64,000 nt of DNA from an uncultured delta proteobacterium (GCA_963766715.1 CAVYBH010000002.1:64001-128000), one strand, 5' to 3'. Positions 40,085-49,990 are shown, counted from the first letter of the stretch. Numbers and translations: made by a program. The notes: generated from the letters alone by a model not told the origin.

Positions 40085-42604
40085 ATGGCAGGGAAGAAGG
40101 GCTTCGAGGGGCAGGGCGTGGAAGCGAGGGCGCTGGAGCGGGCCCGCGACCTTCCCAGCATCCGGACGGCGTCCGACGTGGACGCGCTGCGCCGCGCCTT
40201 CGCGGATCACCTCCAGTTCTCGCTGGGGAAGGACGAGCACTCGGCCACCGCGCTCGACCGCTACCAGGCGGTCGCCGACGCGGTTCGCGACCGGATGATG
40301 CGCCACTGGCTCCAGACCCAGCAGACCTACTACCGGAGCGACGCGAAGCGGATCTACTACCTCTCCCTCGAGTTCCTGATGGGCAAGGCGCTCGAGAACA
40401 ACCTCCTCAACCTGGGCCTGCTCGACAACATGAAGGCGGCCCTCTCCAGCCTGGGGCTCGACCTCACCGACCTGCTCGGGCAGGAGAAGGACGCCGGGCT
40501 GGGCAACGGCGGCCTGGGGCGGCTCGCCGCCTGCTTCCTCGACTCCATGGCCACCCTGGCGCTGCCGGCCTACGGGTACGGCATCCGCTACGAGTACGGC
40601 ATCTTCGACCAGGAGATCCGCGACGGCTGGCAGGTCGAGCGGCCCGAGGAGTGGCTGCGCTACGGGAACCCCTGGGAGATCGCCCGCAGCGAGAACCAGG
40701 TGCCGGTGTCCTTCTACGGCCGGACCGAGCGCGGCGCGGGGCCCGACGGCCGGGAGATCGTCCGCTGGGTCGACACCCGCCGGACGCTGGGCATGGCGTA
40801 CGACACCCCCATCGCCGGCTTCCGCAACCGCACCGTGAACACGCTGCGGCTCTGGCGCGCCCGGTCCCCGGCGGAGTTCGACCTGGCCGACTTCAACGCC
40901 GGCGACTACCTGGCGGCGGTCGAGGACAAGAACGTCTCGGAGAACATCTCCAAGGTGCTCTACCCGAACGACGTCACCGTGATGGGCAAGGAGCTGCGGC
41001 TGCAGCAGCAGTACTTCTTCGTGGCCTGCTCGCTCCACGACATCGTCAGCCGCCACCTCAAGATCCACCGCAGCTTCGACAACTTCGCCGACAAGGTCGC
41101 CATCCAGCTGAACGACACCCACCCGGCCATCGCCATCGCCGAGCTGCTGCGGGTCTTCATCGACGACCACGGCATGGCCTGGTCGAAGGCCTGGGACATC
41201 GGGCAGTCGGTCTTCGGCTACACGAACCACACCCTGCTCCCCGAGGCGCTCGAGAAGTGGCCGGTGGAGCTGCTCGGACGCGTGCTGCCGCGCCACCTGG
41301 AGATCATCTACGACGTGAACGTGCGCTTCCTCGAGAAGGTCCGGGGCGACGCGCGATTCGACCAGGCCGCCGTCGAGCGCATGTCGCTCGTCGAGGAGGG
41401 GACGCCGAAGCAGGTGCGCATGGCCAACCTGGCGGTGGTGGGCTCGCACTCGGTGAACGGGGTGGCCGCGCTGCACACCGAGCTGCTCCAGAACGAGCTC
41501 TTCCACGATTTCTACAAGCTCTGGCCGAAGAAGTTCAACAACAAGACCAACGGCGTCACCCCGCGGCGCTGGATCCTGCAGGCCAACCCGGAGCTCGCCT
41601 CGGCGCTGAACGAGGTGGTCGGGCCGGGCTGGATCACCGACGCGACCGAGCTCCAGCGGCTCGAGCTGGTCGTCGACGACGCCGCCTTCCGCCGCCGGTT
41701 CCGCGAGATCAAGCGGGAGAACAAGGAGCGGCTCGCCGAGATCATCCTCCGCGAGAACGGCGTCGAGGTCGACCCGTCGTCCATCTTCGACGTGCAGGTG
41801 AAGCGGATCCACGAGTACAAGCGCCAGCTGCTCGACGTCCTCTACATCGTCCACCAGTACCTGCGCATGAAGGCCGACCCGTCCTTCCGCCCGGTGCCCC
41901 GGACCTGGATCTTCGCCGGCAAGGCGGCGCCCGGGTACGTGATGGCCAAGTGGATCATCAAGCTCGTCAACTCGGTGGCGTCGGTGGTGAACGCCGACCC
42001 CGACGTGCGCAGCCACATGAAGGTGGTCTTCCTGCGCAACTACCGGGTCTCGCTGGCCGAGCGCATCTTCCCGGCCGCCGACCTCTCCGAGCAGATCTCC
42101 ACCGCCGGCAAGGAGGCGTCCGGCACCGGCAACATGAAGTTCGCCATGAACGGCGCCCTCACCATCGGCACGCTCGACGGCGCCAACGTGGAGATCCGGG
42201 ACGCGGTCGGCCCGGAGAACTTCTTCCTCTTCGGGCTCACCGTCCCGGAGGTCCGCGAGCTGAAGCGCACCGGCTACAACCCGTGGGACTGGTACCGGAG
42301 CAACCCCGACCTGCGGGCCGTGATCGACGCCATCTCCAACGGCACCTTCTCGCCCGAGGAGCCGCGCCTCTTCCAGCCCGTGGTCGACTCCCTGCTGAAC
42401 GGGGGCGACACCTACCTGGTCCTGGCCGACTTCGCGGCCTACGTGGCCGCGCAGGAGCGGGTGTCGCTCGCCTGGCTCGACTACGAGCGCTGGACGCGCA
42501 TGGCCATCCTGAACGTGGCCCGTTCCGGCCCGTTCTCGTCCGACCGGACCATCCGCCAGTACGCCGACGAGATCTGGAAGGTGGGGCCCATCCCCATCGA
42601 GTAG
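40085..42604 (+). CDS. glgP: Glycogen/maltodextrin phosphorylase
   Basis: GLGNGGLGRLAACF, QLNDTHP, TNGVTPRRW, KRIHEYKRQ, EASGTGNMK (PLP Lys), SSDRTI. Confidence 0.97.
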   Translation: MAGKKGFEGQGVEARALERARDLPSIRTASDVDALRRAFADHLQFSLGKDEHSATALDRYQAVADAVRDRMMRHWLQTQQTYYRSDAKRIYYLSLEFLMGKALENNLLNLGLLDNMKAALSSLGLDLTDLLGQEKDAGLGNGGLGRLAACFLDSMATLALPAYGYGIRYEYGIFDQEIRDGWQVERPEEWLRYGNPWEIARSENQVPVSFYGRTERGAGPDGREIVRWVDTRRTLGMAYDTPIAGFRNRTVNTLRLWRARSPAEFDLADFNAGDYLAAVEDKNVSENISKVLYPNDVTVMGKELRLQQQYFFVACSLHDIVSRHLKIHRSFDNFADKVAIQLNDTHPAIAIAELLRVFIDDHGMAWSKAWDIGQSVFGYTNHTLLPEALEKWPVELLGRVLPRHLEIIYDVNVRFLEKVRGDARFDQAAVERMSLVEEGTPKQVRMANLAVVGSHSVNGVAALHTELLQNELFHDFYKLWPKKFNNKTNGVTPRRWILQANPELASALNEVVGPGWITDATELQRLELVVDDAAFRRRFREIKRENKERLAEIILRENGVEVDPSSIFDVQVKRIHEYKRQLLDVLYIVHQYLRMKADPSFRPVPRTWIFAGKAAPGYVMAKWIIKLVNSVASVVNADPDVRSHMKVVFLRNYRVSLAERIFPAADLSEQISTAGKEASGTGNMKFAMNGALTIGTLDGANVEIRDAVGPENFFLFGLTVPEVRELKRTGYNPWDWYRSNPDLRAVIDAISNGTFSPEEPRLFQPVVDSLLNGGDTYLVLADFAAYVAAQERVSLAWLDYERWTRMAILNVARSGPFSSDRTIRQYADEIWKVGPIPIE

Positions 42605-42607
42605 CGG

Positions 42608-43003
42608 CTACCGGCGGGCCGGCCGCCGCCGGGGCCTCCACCCGAAGCGCTCGAGCGAGACGCGCCCCCGGGCGTCGACCTCCACGCCCTCCCGCTCGAG
42701 CAGCGCCTGCTGCACCGCCGAGCCCATCGGGTCGAGGATCGAGATGGCGGCCAGGCCGCGCGACCGGGCGCCCAGGACGCGCTGCCACGGGATGCGGTGG
42801 CGGGTCCCGCGCAGCGCGGCGAGCGCGTAGCCCACCTGCCGCGCGGCCCGGGGCGCGCCGGCGAGCAGCGCCACCTGGCCGTAGGTCGCCACGCGCCCGC
42901 GCGGGATCCGCGCGACCACGCGGTAGTAGACCGCCCAGCCCGGCGGGGGCTCGTCCCGACGTGTCGTCCCTTTCGGGGCGCTCCGGTTTCGCTGTACATC
43001 CAC
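42608..43003 (-). CDS. Alkyltransferase-like (ATL/YbaZ) O6-alkylguanine-binding protein
   Basis: IPRGRVATYGQVA..ARQVGYAL..IPWQRV (Trp in place of the catalytic Cys), LLEREGV; GTG 43003. Confidence 0.85.
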   Translation of the reverse strand: MDVQRNRSAPKGTTRRDEPPPGWAVYYRVVARIPRGRVATYGQVALLAGAPRAARQVGYALAALRGTRHRIPWQRVLGARSRGLAAISILDPMGSAVQQALLEREGVEVDARGRVSLERFGWRPRRRPARR

Positions 43004-43026
43004 GTCCCCGACATTACGCTTCGTCA

Positions 43027-43608
43027 ATGACCCACGCACGCGTCCCGCTCGCCGTACTCGCCGCCGTCGCGCTCGCCGGCTGCGGCGTCCAGTCGATCCC
43101 CCAGGCCAACAACGCCGTCGCCGGCGCCTGGGCCGAGGTCGAGAACCAGTACCAGCGCCGCGCCGACCTGGTGCCCAACCTGGTCGAGACGGTGAAGGGC
43201 TACGCCACCCACGAGAAGGAGACGCTCGAGGGGGTCATGGCGGCGCGCGCCCAGGCCACGCAGGTGAAGCTCACGGTCGACCAGCTCACGCCCGAGAACA
43301 TGAAGAAGTTCGAGCAGGCGCAGAGCGGCCTCACCGCCGCGCTGGGCAAGCTGCTCGCGGTCTCCGAGGCCTATCCCAACCTGAAGGCCAACGAGAACTT
43401 CCGCGACCTCCAGGTGCAGCTGGAGGGCACCGAGAACCGCATCTCGGTCGCGCGGCGCCGCTACATCCAGTCGGTCCAGGACTTCAACAACCTGGTCACC
43501 GTGCCGCCCACCAGCTTCACCAACAGCCTGCTCTACCACCACGCGCCGAAGGCCCAGTTCGCCGCGACCACCGCCGGCGCTGCCGAGGCGCCCAAGGTGA
43601 AGTTCTAG
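43027..43608 (+). CDS. lemA: LemA family lipoprotein
   Basis: LAGC, QYQRRADLVPNLV, EAYPNLKAN, QLEGTENRI. Confidence 0.95.
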   Translation: MTHARVPLAVLAAVALAGCGVQSIPQANNAVAGAWAEVENQYQRRADLVPNLVETVKGYATHEKETLEGVMAARAQATQVKLTVDQLTPENMKKFEQAQSGLTAALGKLLAVSEAYPNLKANENFRDLQVQLEGTENRISVARRRYIQSVQDFNNLVTVPPTSFTNSLLYHHAPKAQFAATTAGAAEAPKVKF

Positions 43609-43618
43609 GGGGCGCCCG

Positions 43619-44411
43619 GTGAACCGCGGCCCGGCGGCCGCCATCGCCATCGTCCTGCTCGCGCTCGCGGCCCCCGCCGCAGCCGAGGTCGCCGGTCCCG
43701 CGCCTGACCGGGCCGGTGGTGGACGAGGCCGGCGTGCTCGACGCGGGCTGGGAGCGGAGGCTCTCCGACCTGGCCCGGGCCGCGCGCGCGCAGAACGGCG
43801 GGAACCGGCCCCCAGCTCCAGTTCCTGCTCGTGAAGTCGCTCGACGGCGATCCCATCGAGGACTACTCGATGCGGGTGGCGGAGGCCTGGAAGCTCGGGA
43901 CCAAGGGCAAGGACGACGGCGTGCTCGTGGTCGTGGCCGTGAAGGACCGCAAGGTCCGCATCGAGGTGGGTGGCGGCCTCGAGGGCGGCCTCACCGACGC
44001 CCAGTCCGGACGGATCATCCGCACCGCCATCGTCCCGGCCTTCCGCGAGGGGCGCTACGGCGAGGGGTTGCACGCCGCCGGCCAGCAGATCCTGGCGGCG
44101 CTGGGAGCCCTCCCGGAGGGGATGGCCAAGCCGCCCCGGCGACAGGTCCAGGACGACGTTCCCGCAGGCATCCTGGGGATGCTCTTCGGCTTCCTCTTCT
44201 CGCTGGGCGCTCCGGCGCTCGTCCTGCTCGTCATCGCGTTCGTCGTCCTGCGGGCGCTCTTCGGCTCCCGGCGCGGCCCGCGCGGTCCCTGGGGCGGCGG
44301 CGGATTCGGGGCGGCTTCTCCGGCGGGGGCGGGTTCTCGGGCGGCGGAGGCGGCGGCTGGAGCGGCGGCGGGGGCGGGTTCAGCGGCGGCGGTGCCTCGG
44401 GGAGCTGGTAG
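43619..44411 (+). CDS. TPM (DUF477/YgcG) domain protein with Gly-rich tail (frameshifted)
   Basis: VVDEAGVL, IEDYS..WKLG..DDGVL..DRKVRIEVG.GLEG.LTD; ends GGFSGGGASGSW. Confidence 0.88.
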
Positions 44412-44420
44412 GAGCGCGCG

Positions 44421-45057
44421 ATGGCCCAGGGCAGCCACTTTCCGAAGTCCGTGCAGGACCGCATCGAGGCGGCCGTGCGGGACGCCGAGTCCCGGAGCAC
44501 CGGGCAGATCGTCCCGGTGGTCGTGGACCGCTCCGAGCCCTACGACGAGGCGCGCTGGATCGCCGCCGTGGTCGCCGCGGCCATCGTCACGGGGCTCGTC
44601 GAGCTCGTGCGCTGGGAACCCACCGTCGCGGAGCTCTTCACCCTGCAGCTGCTGGGCGGTGCGGTGGGATGGCTGGCCGGGCGCCTGCCCTTCGTGGAGC
44701 GCGTCCTCGCCGGGCGGCGCCACCAGGAGCGGGCCGTGCACGCCCGCGCGGAGCAGGCCTTCTTCGAGCACGGGCTGCACGAGACCCGCGACGGCACCGG
44801 CGTGCTGGTCTTCGCGTCGCTCCGCGAGCACAGGGCCGTGATCATCGGCGACCGAGGCATCCACCAGCGCGTGGGCAGCGCGGAGTGGAAGCGGGCCGTC
44901 GAGGCGCTGGTGGACGGGATGCGGCGCGACGCGCCGGCCGAAGGGTTCGTCGCGGCCATCGGGATGGTCGGGGCCCTGCTTGGAGGAGCATTTCCCCCGG
45001 AGGCCGGGCGAGGTCGTGCCGAACGAGCTGCCCGACGGGCTGAAGCGCGGCAGCTGA
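44421..45057 (+). CDS. TPM-domain membrane protein of the lemA operon (frameshift near 44978)
   Basis: AVRDAESRSTGQI, TRDGTGVLVF..EHRAVIIGDRGI, C-terminal NELPD. Confidence 0.85.
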
Positions 45058-45080
45058 TCCGACGCGCCCCGCGCCCCGGA

Positions 45081-46085
45081 TCAGGCGCCGCCAGGGGCCC
45101 GGAAGGCGCAGTCCTGGCAAGGGCCGAGCGCTGGCCAGCCGTCCCCGACCGCACGCCAGGCCGGCGCAGCCCACGCCACCGCGAGCGAGGTCCGGGCGAG
45201 CGATCCCAGGTCACCCAGCTGGCCCGCCCGCGCCGCCGGGGAAGGGCAGGGGAGATAGCTCCCGTCGACCTCGACCCAGGCCTCCCGGCCGGCGAACGGG
45301 CAGTCGCCCCGGGGAATGGCCCCGGTCTCCGGAAGCTCGACGAAGCCGCGGAGCACCACCTCGCCGCCTCCCCGGCGAGGCGTCGTCGCCGCGACGTCGT
45401 GGGCCATCCGGACGGCCTCGTTCCACCGCCGGATCGCCCGGGGCGAATCCCGGAGCGAGGAGGCGACGAGCGACGGGAAGTGGAGCTGGAGGTGGTTCAC
45501 CTTCACCCGGTCGAGCCCCTCGAGGGCGGCCAGCCCGACCAGTCCGGGAAGCTCGGACACGTTCTCCGTGCGCGCGGCCACCTGCAGGCTGACGCCGCAC
45601 CGGTTCCCTCCCGCGGCGGCGATCTCGTCCCGGATCCGGACGAAGGTGCGGAGGTCGGAGAGCGCACGGGCGGGGTCGCGGCCGCCGATGAGATCCGAGT
45701 CGAGCCAGGGGGTGGCCGCGCCCCAGGAGACCTTCACGTCCGAGGAGGCCGGGCAGAGGATCCGGGCCCACCCCTCGGCGCCCCGGCCCGGGAACGACCC
45801 GTTGGTGGTGACGTTGAGCGCGATCCCCCGCGCCCGGCAGGCCTCGGCGAGCCCGGGCAGGCCGTCCCAGAGCAGCGGCTCGCCGCGGGTCGACGGCACC
45901 ACCTCGCGGGGCGGCGGGGAGAGCGAGTCGAGCGCCCGCACCACTTCCTCGAGCGAGAGGCGCCGCGGCGGCCCAGGAGGGCGGCGCGCCCGGGCCTCGT
46001 CCGAGTGGGTGGAGCACATCGGGCACCGCAGGTTGCACTCGTCGGGGTTGGTCACGAACGTGACGCGCCAGGGGACGGGGAGCAC
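45081..46085 (-). CDS. Radical SAM protein with SPASM/twitch-like C-terminus
   Basis: CNLRCPMC, GEPLL, TTNGS; C-terminal CPF..DGSYLPC..CQDC. Confidence 0.88.
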   Translation of the reverse strand: MLPVPWRVTFVTNPDECNLRCPMCSTHSDEARARRPPGPPRRLSLEEVVRALDSLSPPPREVVPSTRGEPLLWDGLPGLAEACRARGIALNVTTNGSFPGRGAEGWARILCPASSDVKVSWGAATPWLDSDLIGGRDPARALSDLRTFVRIRDEIAAAGGNRCGVSLQVAARTENVSELPGLVGLAALEGLDRVKVNHLQLHFPSLVASSLRDSPRAIRRWNEAVRMAHDVAATTPRRGGGEVVLRGFVELPETGAIPRGDCPFAGREAWVEVDGSYLPCPSPAARAGQLGDLGSLARTSLAVAWAAPAWRAVGDGWPALGPCQDCAFRAPGGA

Positions 46086-46108
46086 CCCCACATCGTAACG
46101 AGGACCGG

Positions 46109-46135
46109 TTGACAAACCCATCCGTTGGAACGGAT
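46109..46135 (+). promoter_or_regulatory. TTGACA -35 plus perfect 7-2-7 operator palindrome
   Basis: TTGACA 46109-46114; ATCCGTT-GG-AACGGAT 46120-46135. Confidence 0.72.
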
Positions 46136-46144
46136 AAACGATCC

Positions 46145-46804
46145 ATGCCCCCCAGGACGCAAGGAACGACGCGGCGACCCCGTGCGCGCGCGCGCGGGAC
46201 CCGGGTCCCCGGCCACGAGCGGGCCCACCCCGCCGCCGGCAACGACCTCACCCCGGTGCTGGGGGCGAACCTGCGCCGGCTCCGCAGCCGCAGGAACCTC
46301 TCCCTGGAGAAGCTCTCCAAGCTCTCCGGCGTCTCCCGGGCCATGCTGGGGCAGATCGAGCTCGGGCAGAGCGCGCCCACGGTGAACGTCCTGTGGAAGA
46401 TCGGGACCGCGCTGGAGGTCCCCTTCAGCGCCCTCATCACCAGCCGCCCCACCGCCTCCTTCCACGTGCTGCGGGCCGACCAGGCCAAGCGGCTCGCCTC
46501 CTCCGACGGCAGCTTCGTGTCGCGGGCGCTCTTCCCCTTCGACGAGCCCCGGCGGGTCGAGTTCTACGAGCTGCGCCTGGCCCCGGGCGCCATCGAGCGG
46601 GCGGACGCGCACCCGCCCGGGACGGTGGAGAACCTCGTGGTGAGCCGCGGCACGGTCGAGATCGAGGCCGGCGCGGGGACCCACGCGCTCTCCCCCGGGG
46701 ACGCCGTGGTCTTCGAGGCCGACGCGCCCCACTCCTACCGGAACGCCGGCGACGTCGAGGCGATCATGTACCTCGTGATGACCTACGCCGACACGGTGGG
46801 GTAG
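46145..46804 (+). CDS. XRE-family HTH-cupin transcriptional regulator
   Basis: NLRRLR..SGVSRAMLGQIELGQSAPTVNVLWKI; cupin HPPGTVE..FEADAPHSY. Confidence 0.93.
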   Translation: MPPRTQGTTRRPRARARGTRVPGHERAHPAAGNDLTPVLGANLRRLRSRRNLSLEKLSKLSGVSRAMLGQIELGQSAPTVNVLWKIGTALEVPFSALITSRPTASFHVLRADQAKRLASSDGSFVSRALFPFDEPRRVEFYELRLAPGAIERADAHPPGTVENLVVSRGTVEIEAGAGTHALSPGDAVVFEADAPHSYRNAGDVEAIMYLVMTYADTVG

Positions 46805-46807
46805 CCG

Positions 46808-48223
46808 GTGAGCCGCCCGACGCGAGAGCTGCTCGTCGAGCGGGGGATCGTGTCGCCGGAGGCGGTGGTCCGCGCCGAGGCGGTGGCCGCGACGAGCGGC
46901 ACGCGGCTCTGCAGCGAGCTGCTCGCCGCCGGCGAGGCGACGGAGGGTGCGCTGGTGAGCGTCCTCGCCGAGCGCCACGGCTGGCCCGGCGTCGACCTGT
47001 CCCACTCCGAGATCCTCGCGCAGGCGCTCCGGAACGTTCCGCCGGCGGTGGCGCTCGCCGACGGGATCCTCCCGCTCTCCACCGAGGGGGGCAGGCTCCA
47101 CCTGGCGCTCTCCGCTCCCGACGGCGCCGACAAGGTGGTCGCCGAGGTCCGCTTCGTCACCGGCATGGAGGTCTCGCCGTACGTGGCGGTGGAGGGCGCG
47201 CTCCGGAAGGCCATCCGGGAGGCCTACGACGGGCTCGCGCGCGGGGCGCCCGCCTGGCGGGGGGCGGAGGCCGCTCCGGGCGCCGGGATCGCCGTGGCCC
47301 GCACGGCCGGAGCGGATCCTCCCCGAAGGGGACGAGGTCGTCGTCGCGGTGGACGGGCGAGGTCGAGGGGACGCCCGCTCCCGACGAGACCCTCTCGGTT
47401 CCGGTGTCCGTCGACTCCGGTGGTCGCGGGAGCGGGGGCCATCCCGCTGGGGATCGGCGAGTCGACGCGGCGGATCCTGGTGGTCGACGACGAGCCCGAG
47501 ATCCGGATGCTGGCGGAGCGGACGCTCGTCGCGCACGGCTTCGAGGTGGAGACCGCGCCCGACGGCGAGGAGGCGCTGGCCCGCGTGGCGGCCCGGCCGC
47601 CGGCGCTCGTGCTGCTCGACGCCATGCTGCCGCGCATCCACGGCTTCGAGGTGGCCCGGCGGCTCCGCGCCGATCCCCGCACCCGCACCGTCCCGGTGAT
47701 CATGATGACCGCGGTCTACCGCGGGTGGCGCTTCGCCCAGGACGCGCGCGAGGCCTACGGCGCCGAGGACTACGTCGAGAAGCCCTTCCGCCTCGACGAC
47801 CTGGTGCGGCGCATCGAGTCGGTTCTCGAGGCGACTGCCAGCCGGGGACCGGCGAAGCCCTCCGGCGGCGACCTCATGCTGCGGCGGGGCAAGGAGCTCC
47901 TGCTCGCCGGCCGGCTCGACGCGGCCGTGGCGGCCCTCGGCGAGGCCATCGCCGCCGACCCGTTCTCCGCCGAGGCGCACCACCAGCTCGCCCGCGCGCT
48001 CCGCGCCCAGGGCGAGCACTTCCGCGCCATGACCTCCTTCGAGCGGGCGGTCGAGCTCCGCCCCGAATTCTTCCCGGCGCTGCGCAGCCTGGCCGCGCTG
48101 TACTCGGAGAAGGGCTTCCGCCGGAAGGCCGTGGAGACGCTGGAGCGCGCGCTCGCCGCCGCGCCCGACACGGTGGCCCGCGACGCGGTCCGCGCGGACC
48201 TCCTCGAGCTGCTCGAGGCCTGA
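46808..48223 (+). CDS. GspE_N/MshEN-like + receiver + TPR response regulator
   Basis: Degenerate MshEN-type repeats at the N-terminus; REC ILVVDD..LLDAMLP..MMTA..EKPF; TPR helices; likely compensating frameshifts in the 47310-47430 linker. Confidence 0.82.
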   Translation: MSRPTRELLVERGIVSPEAVVRAEAVAATSGTRLCSELLAAGEATEGALVSVLAERHGWPGVDLSHSEILAQALRNVPPAVALADGILPLSTEGGRLHLALSAPDGADKVVAEVRFVTGMEVSPYVAVEGALRKAIREAYDGLARGAPAWRGAEAAPGAGIAVARTAGADPPRRGRGRRRGGRARSRGRPLPTRPSRFRCPSTPVVAGAGAIPLGIGESTRRILVVDDEPEIRMLAERTLVAHGFEVETAPDGEEALARVAARPPALVLLDAMLPRIHGFEVARRLRADPRTRTVPVIMMTAVYRGWRFAQDAREAYGAEDYVEKPFRLDDLVRRIESVLEATASRGPAKPSGGDLMLRRGKELLLAGRLDAAVAALGEAIAADPFSAEAHHQLARALRAQGEHFRAMTSFERAVELRPEFFPALRSLAALYSEKGFRRKAVETLERALAAAPDTVARDAVRADLLELLEA

Positions 48224-48275
48224 GCAGATCCCTGCCTCCGGGCGCTGCACCCGGAAGACCCGCCCGCCCCCCCGC

Positions 48276-48292
48276 TGCCCGGGATCCGTGCA
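48276..48292. promoter_or_regulatory. Putative NtrC-type enhancer site
   Basis: TGCCC-N7-GTGCA versus consensus TGCAC-N7-GTGCA; a weaker copy at 48233-48249. Confidence 0.5.
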
Positions 48293-48377
48293 GCCGCGCG
48301 CCGCGCCTGCGTGACGTCCGGGCAGCCGCCTTTCCCGATCGGCCCTGATCGCGGTCCCGGCGCGGGATCGCGCGCCG

Positions 48378-48393
48378 CGGCACGCCCGGTGCA
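48378..48393 (+). promoter_or_regulatory. Sigma54 (-24/-12) promoter of amtB
   Basis: CGGCACG-CCCG-GTGCA with exact GG-N10-GC spacing, about 85 nt before the ATG. Confidence 0.7.
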
Positions 48394-48476
48394 AACGGCT
48401 CCCCTGTCGGGCGTGCGGGCGCTGGCTCGGTGCGCTGCAGGCAGAGACGTTCAACTCGATCCCAGGGAGATTCAAG

Positions 48477-49930
48477 ATGGCCGTCGAACCCACGATCAGC
48501 GAGCTCGCGAAGAACCTCGCCGACACGCAGACCGCCCTCAACATCGTCTGGACGATGGTGGCGGGCTTCCTCGTCATGTTCATGCAGGCCGGCTTCGCGC
48601 TGGTGGAGACGGGCCTCACCCGCGCCAAGAACGCCGCGCACACGATGGGGATGAACTTCCTCGTCTACGCCATCGGCATCATCGGCTTCTACTTCGTCGG
48701 CTTCGGCCTGCAGATGGGCGGCGTCGGCTCCGCCTTCGGCGAGACCACGCTGACGAAGGAGTTCATCGTCAACATCTTCGGCAAGGACTTCGGCCTCTTC
48801 GGCATGAGCGGCTTCGGCCTGCCGCTCGCCATGTTCACGCCGGCCGTGGCGGCCACGTTCCTCTTCCAGATGGTCTTCATGGACACCACCTGCACCATCC
48901 CCACCGGCGCGGCGGCCGAGCGCTGGAAGATCTCGAGCTTCGTGCTCTTCAGCTTCGTCATCTCGACGCTCATCTACCCGATCTACGCCAACTGGGCCTG
49001 GGGCGGCGGCTGGCTCTCCGCGCATGGGCACGAACTTCGGCCTCGGCCACGGCCACGTCGACTTCGCCGGCAGCTCGGTGGTCCACATGACGGGCGGCGT
49101 GATGGCCTTCGTGCTCGCCAAGATGATCGGCCCCCGCATCGGCAAGTACGCGCGCCGACGGCCGCGTCAACCCCATCGCCCCGCAGAGCATCCCGCAGGT
49201 CATGATCGGCACCTTCATCCTGGCCTTCGGCTGGTTCGGCTTCAACGCCGGCTCGACCCTCTCCGGCATGGACACCCGCCTCGCGGTCGTGGCCACGAAC
49301 ACCATGCTCGCCAGCGCCACCGGCGCCTTCGCCGCCTACCTCTACGTGAAGATCAAGTACGGCAAGGCCGACCCGTCCTGGCTCGCGAACGGCATGCTGG
49401 CGGGCCTCGTCGCCATCACCGCGCCCTGCGCCTTCGTCTCCTCCTGGGCGGCCATGCTCATCGGCGCCATCGCCGGCGTGCTCGTCATCCTCGCGGCCAC
49501 CTTCATCGACACGAAGTCCTCAAGATCGACGATCCGGTCGGCGCCATCGCCGTCCACGGCGTGAACGGCGCCTTCGGCATCCTCGCCACCGGCATCTTCG
49601 CGAACGGCGTCTACGGCCAGGGCCTGAACGGCGTCGCCTACGGCGTCACCGGCCTCTTCTACGGCGACAAGGGCCAGTTCATCGCCTCGCTCATCGGCAT
49701 CGTCGCCAACATCGCCTGGGTGGCGCCGGTGGCCGCGCTCGCCTTCTTCGTCATCGGCAAGGTCGTGGGCAATCGCGTCGACGGCCGAGGACGAGGTCAA
49801 CGGCCTCGACATCTCCGAGATGGGCGTCCACGGCTACTCGGCCGATCCCGGCCCGGGCACAGGCATCACGCCGCACGCCTACGGCGCGACGGCAACGGCC
49901 GCGACGGTCGCCACCGTTGTGGGGCGGTAG
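48477..49930 (+). CDS. amtB: Ammonium transporter (about four frameshifts)
   Basis: FMQAGFALVETG, FQMVF, WGGGWL, DFAGSSVVH, FGWFGFNAGS, NGMLAGLVAIT, IDDPVGAIAVHG. Confidence 0.95.
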
Positions 49931-49945
49931 CAACCGTCGAGGACA

Positions 49946-49990
49946 GAGGGGCGCCGGCGGATCCGAGCCCGCCGGCGCCCCTCGCTTTTC
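49946..49990 (+). terminator. Intrinsic terminator after amtB
   Basis: 15-bp perfect stem GAGGGGCGCCGGCGG/CCGCCGGCGCCCCTC followed by GCTTTT. Confidence 0.8.

Noticed and set aside
38606..43608. Very long antisense or alternate-frame ORFs (38606..42016 -, 39283..43608 +, and similar elsewhere)
   Set aside because: Shadow ORFs expected at high GC; they overlap well-supported genes and have Arg/Pro/Gly-rich or antisense-typical composition
44290..44411. GGC-rich tandem repeats
   Set aside because: They encode the ordinary Gly-rich tail of TPM proteins; not a CRISPR or mobile repeat
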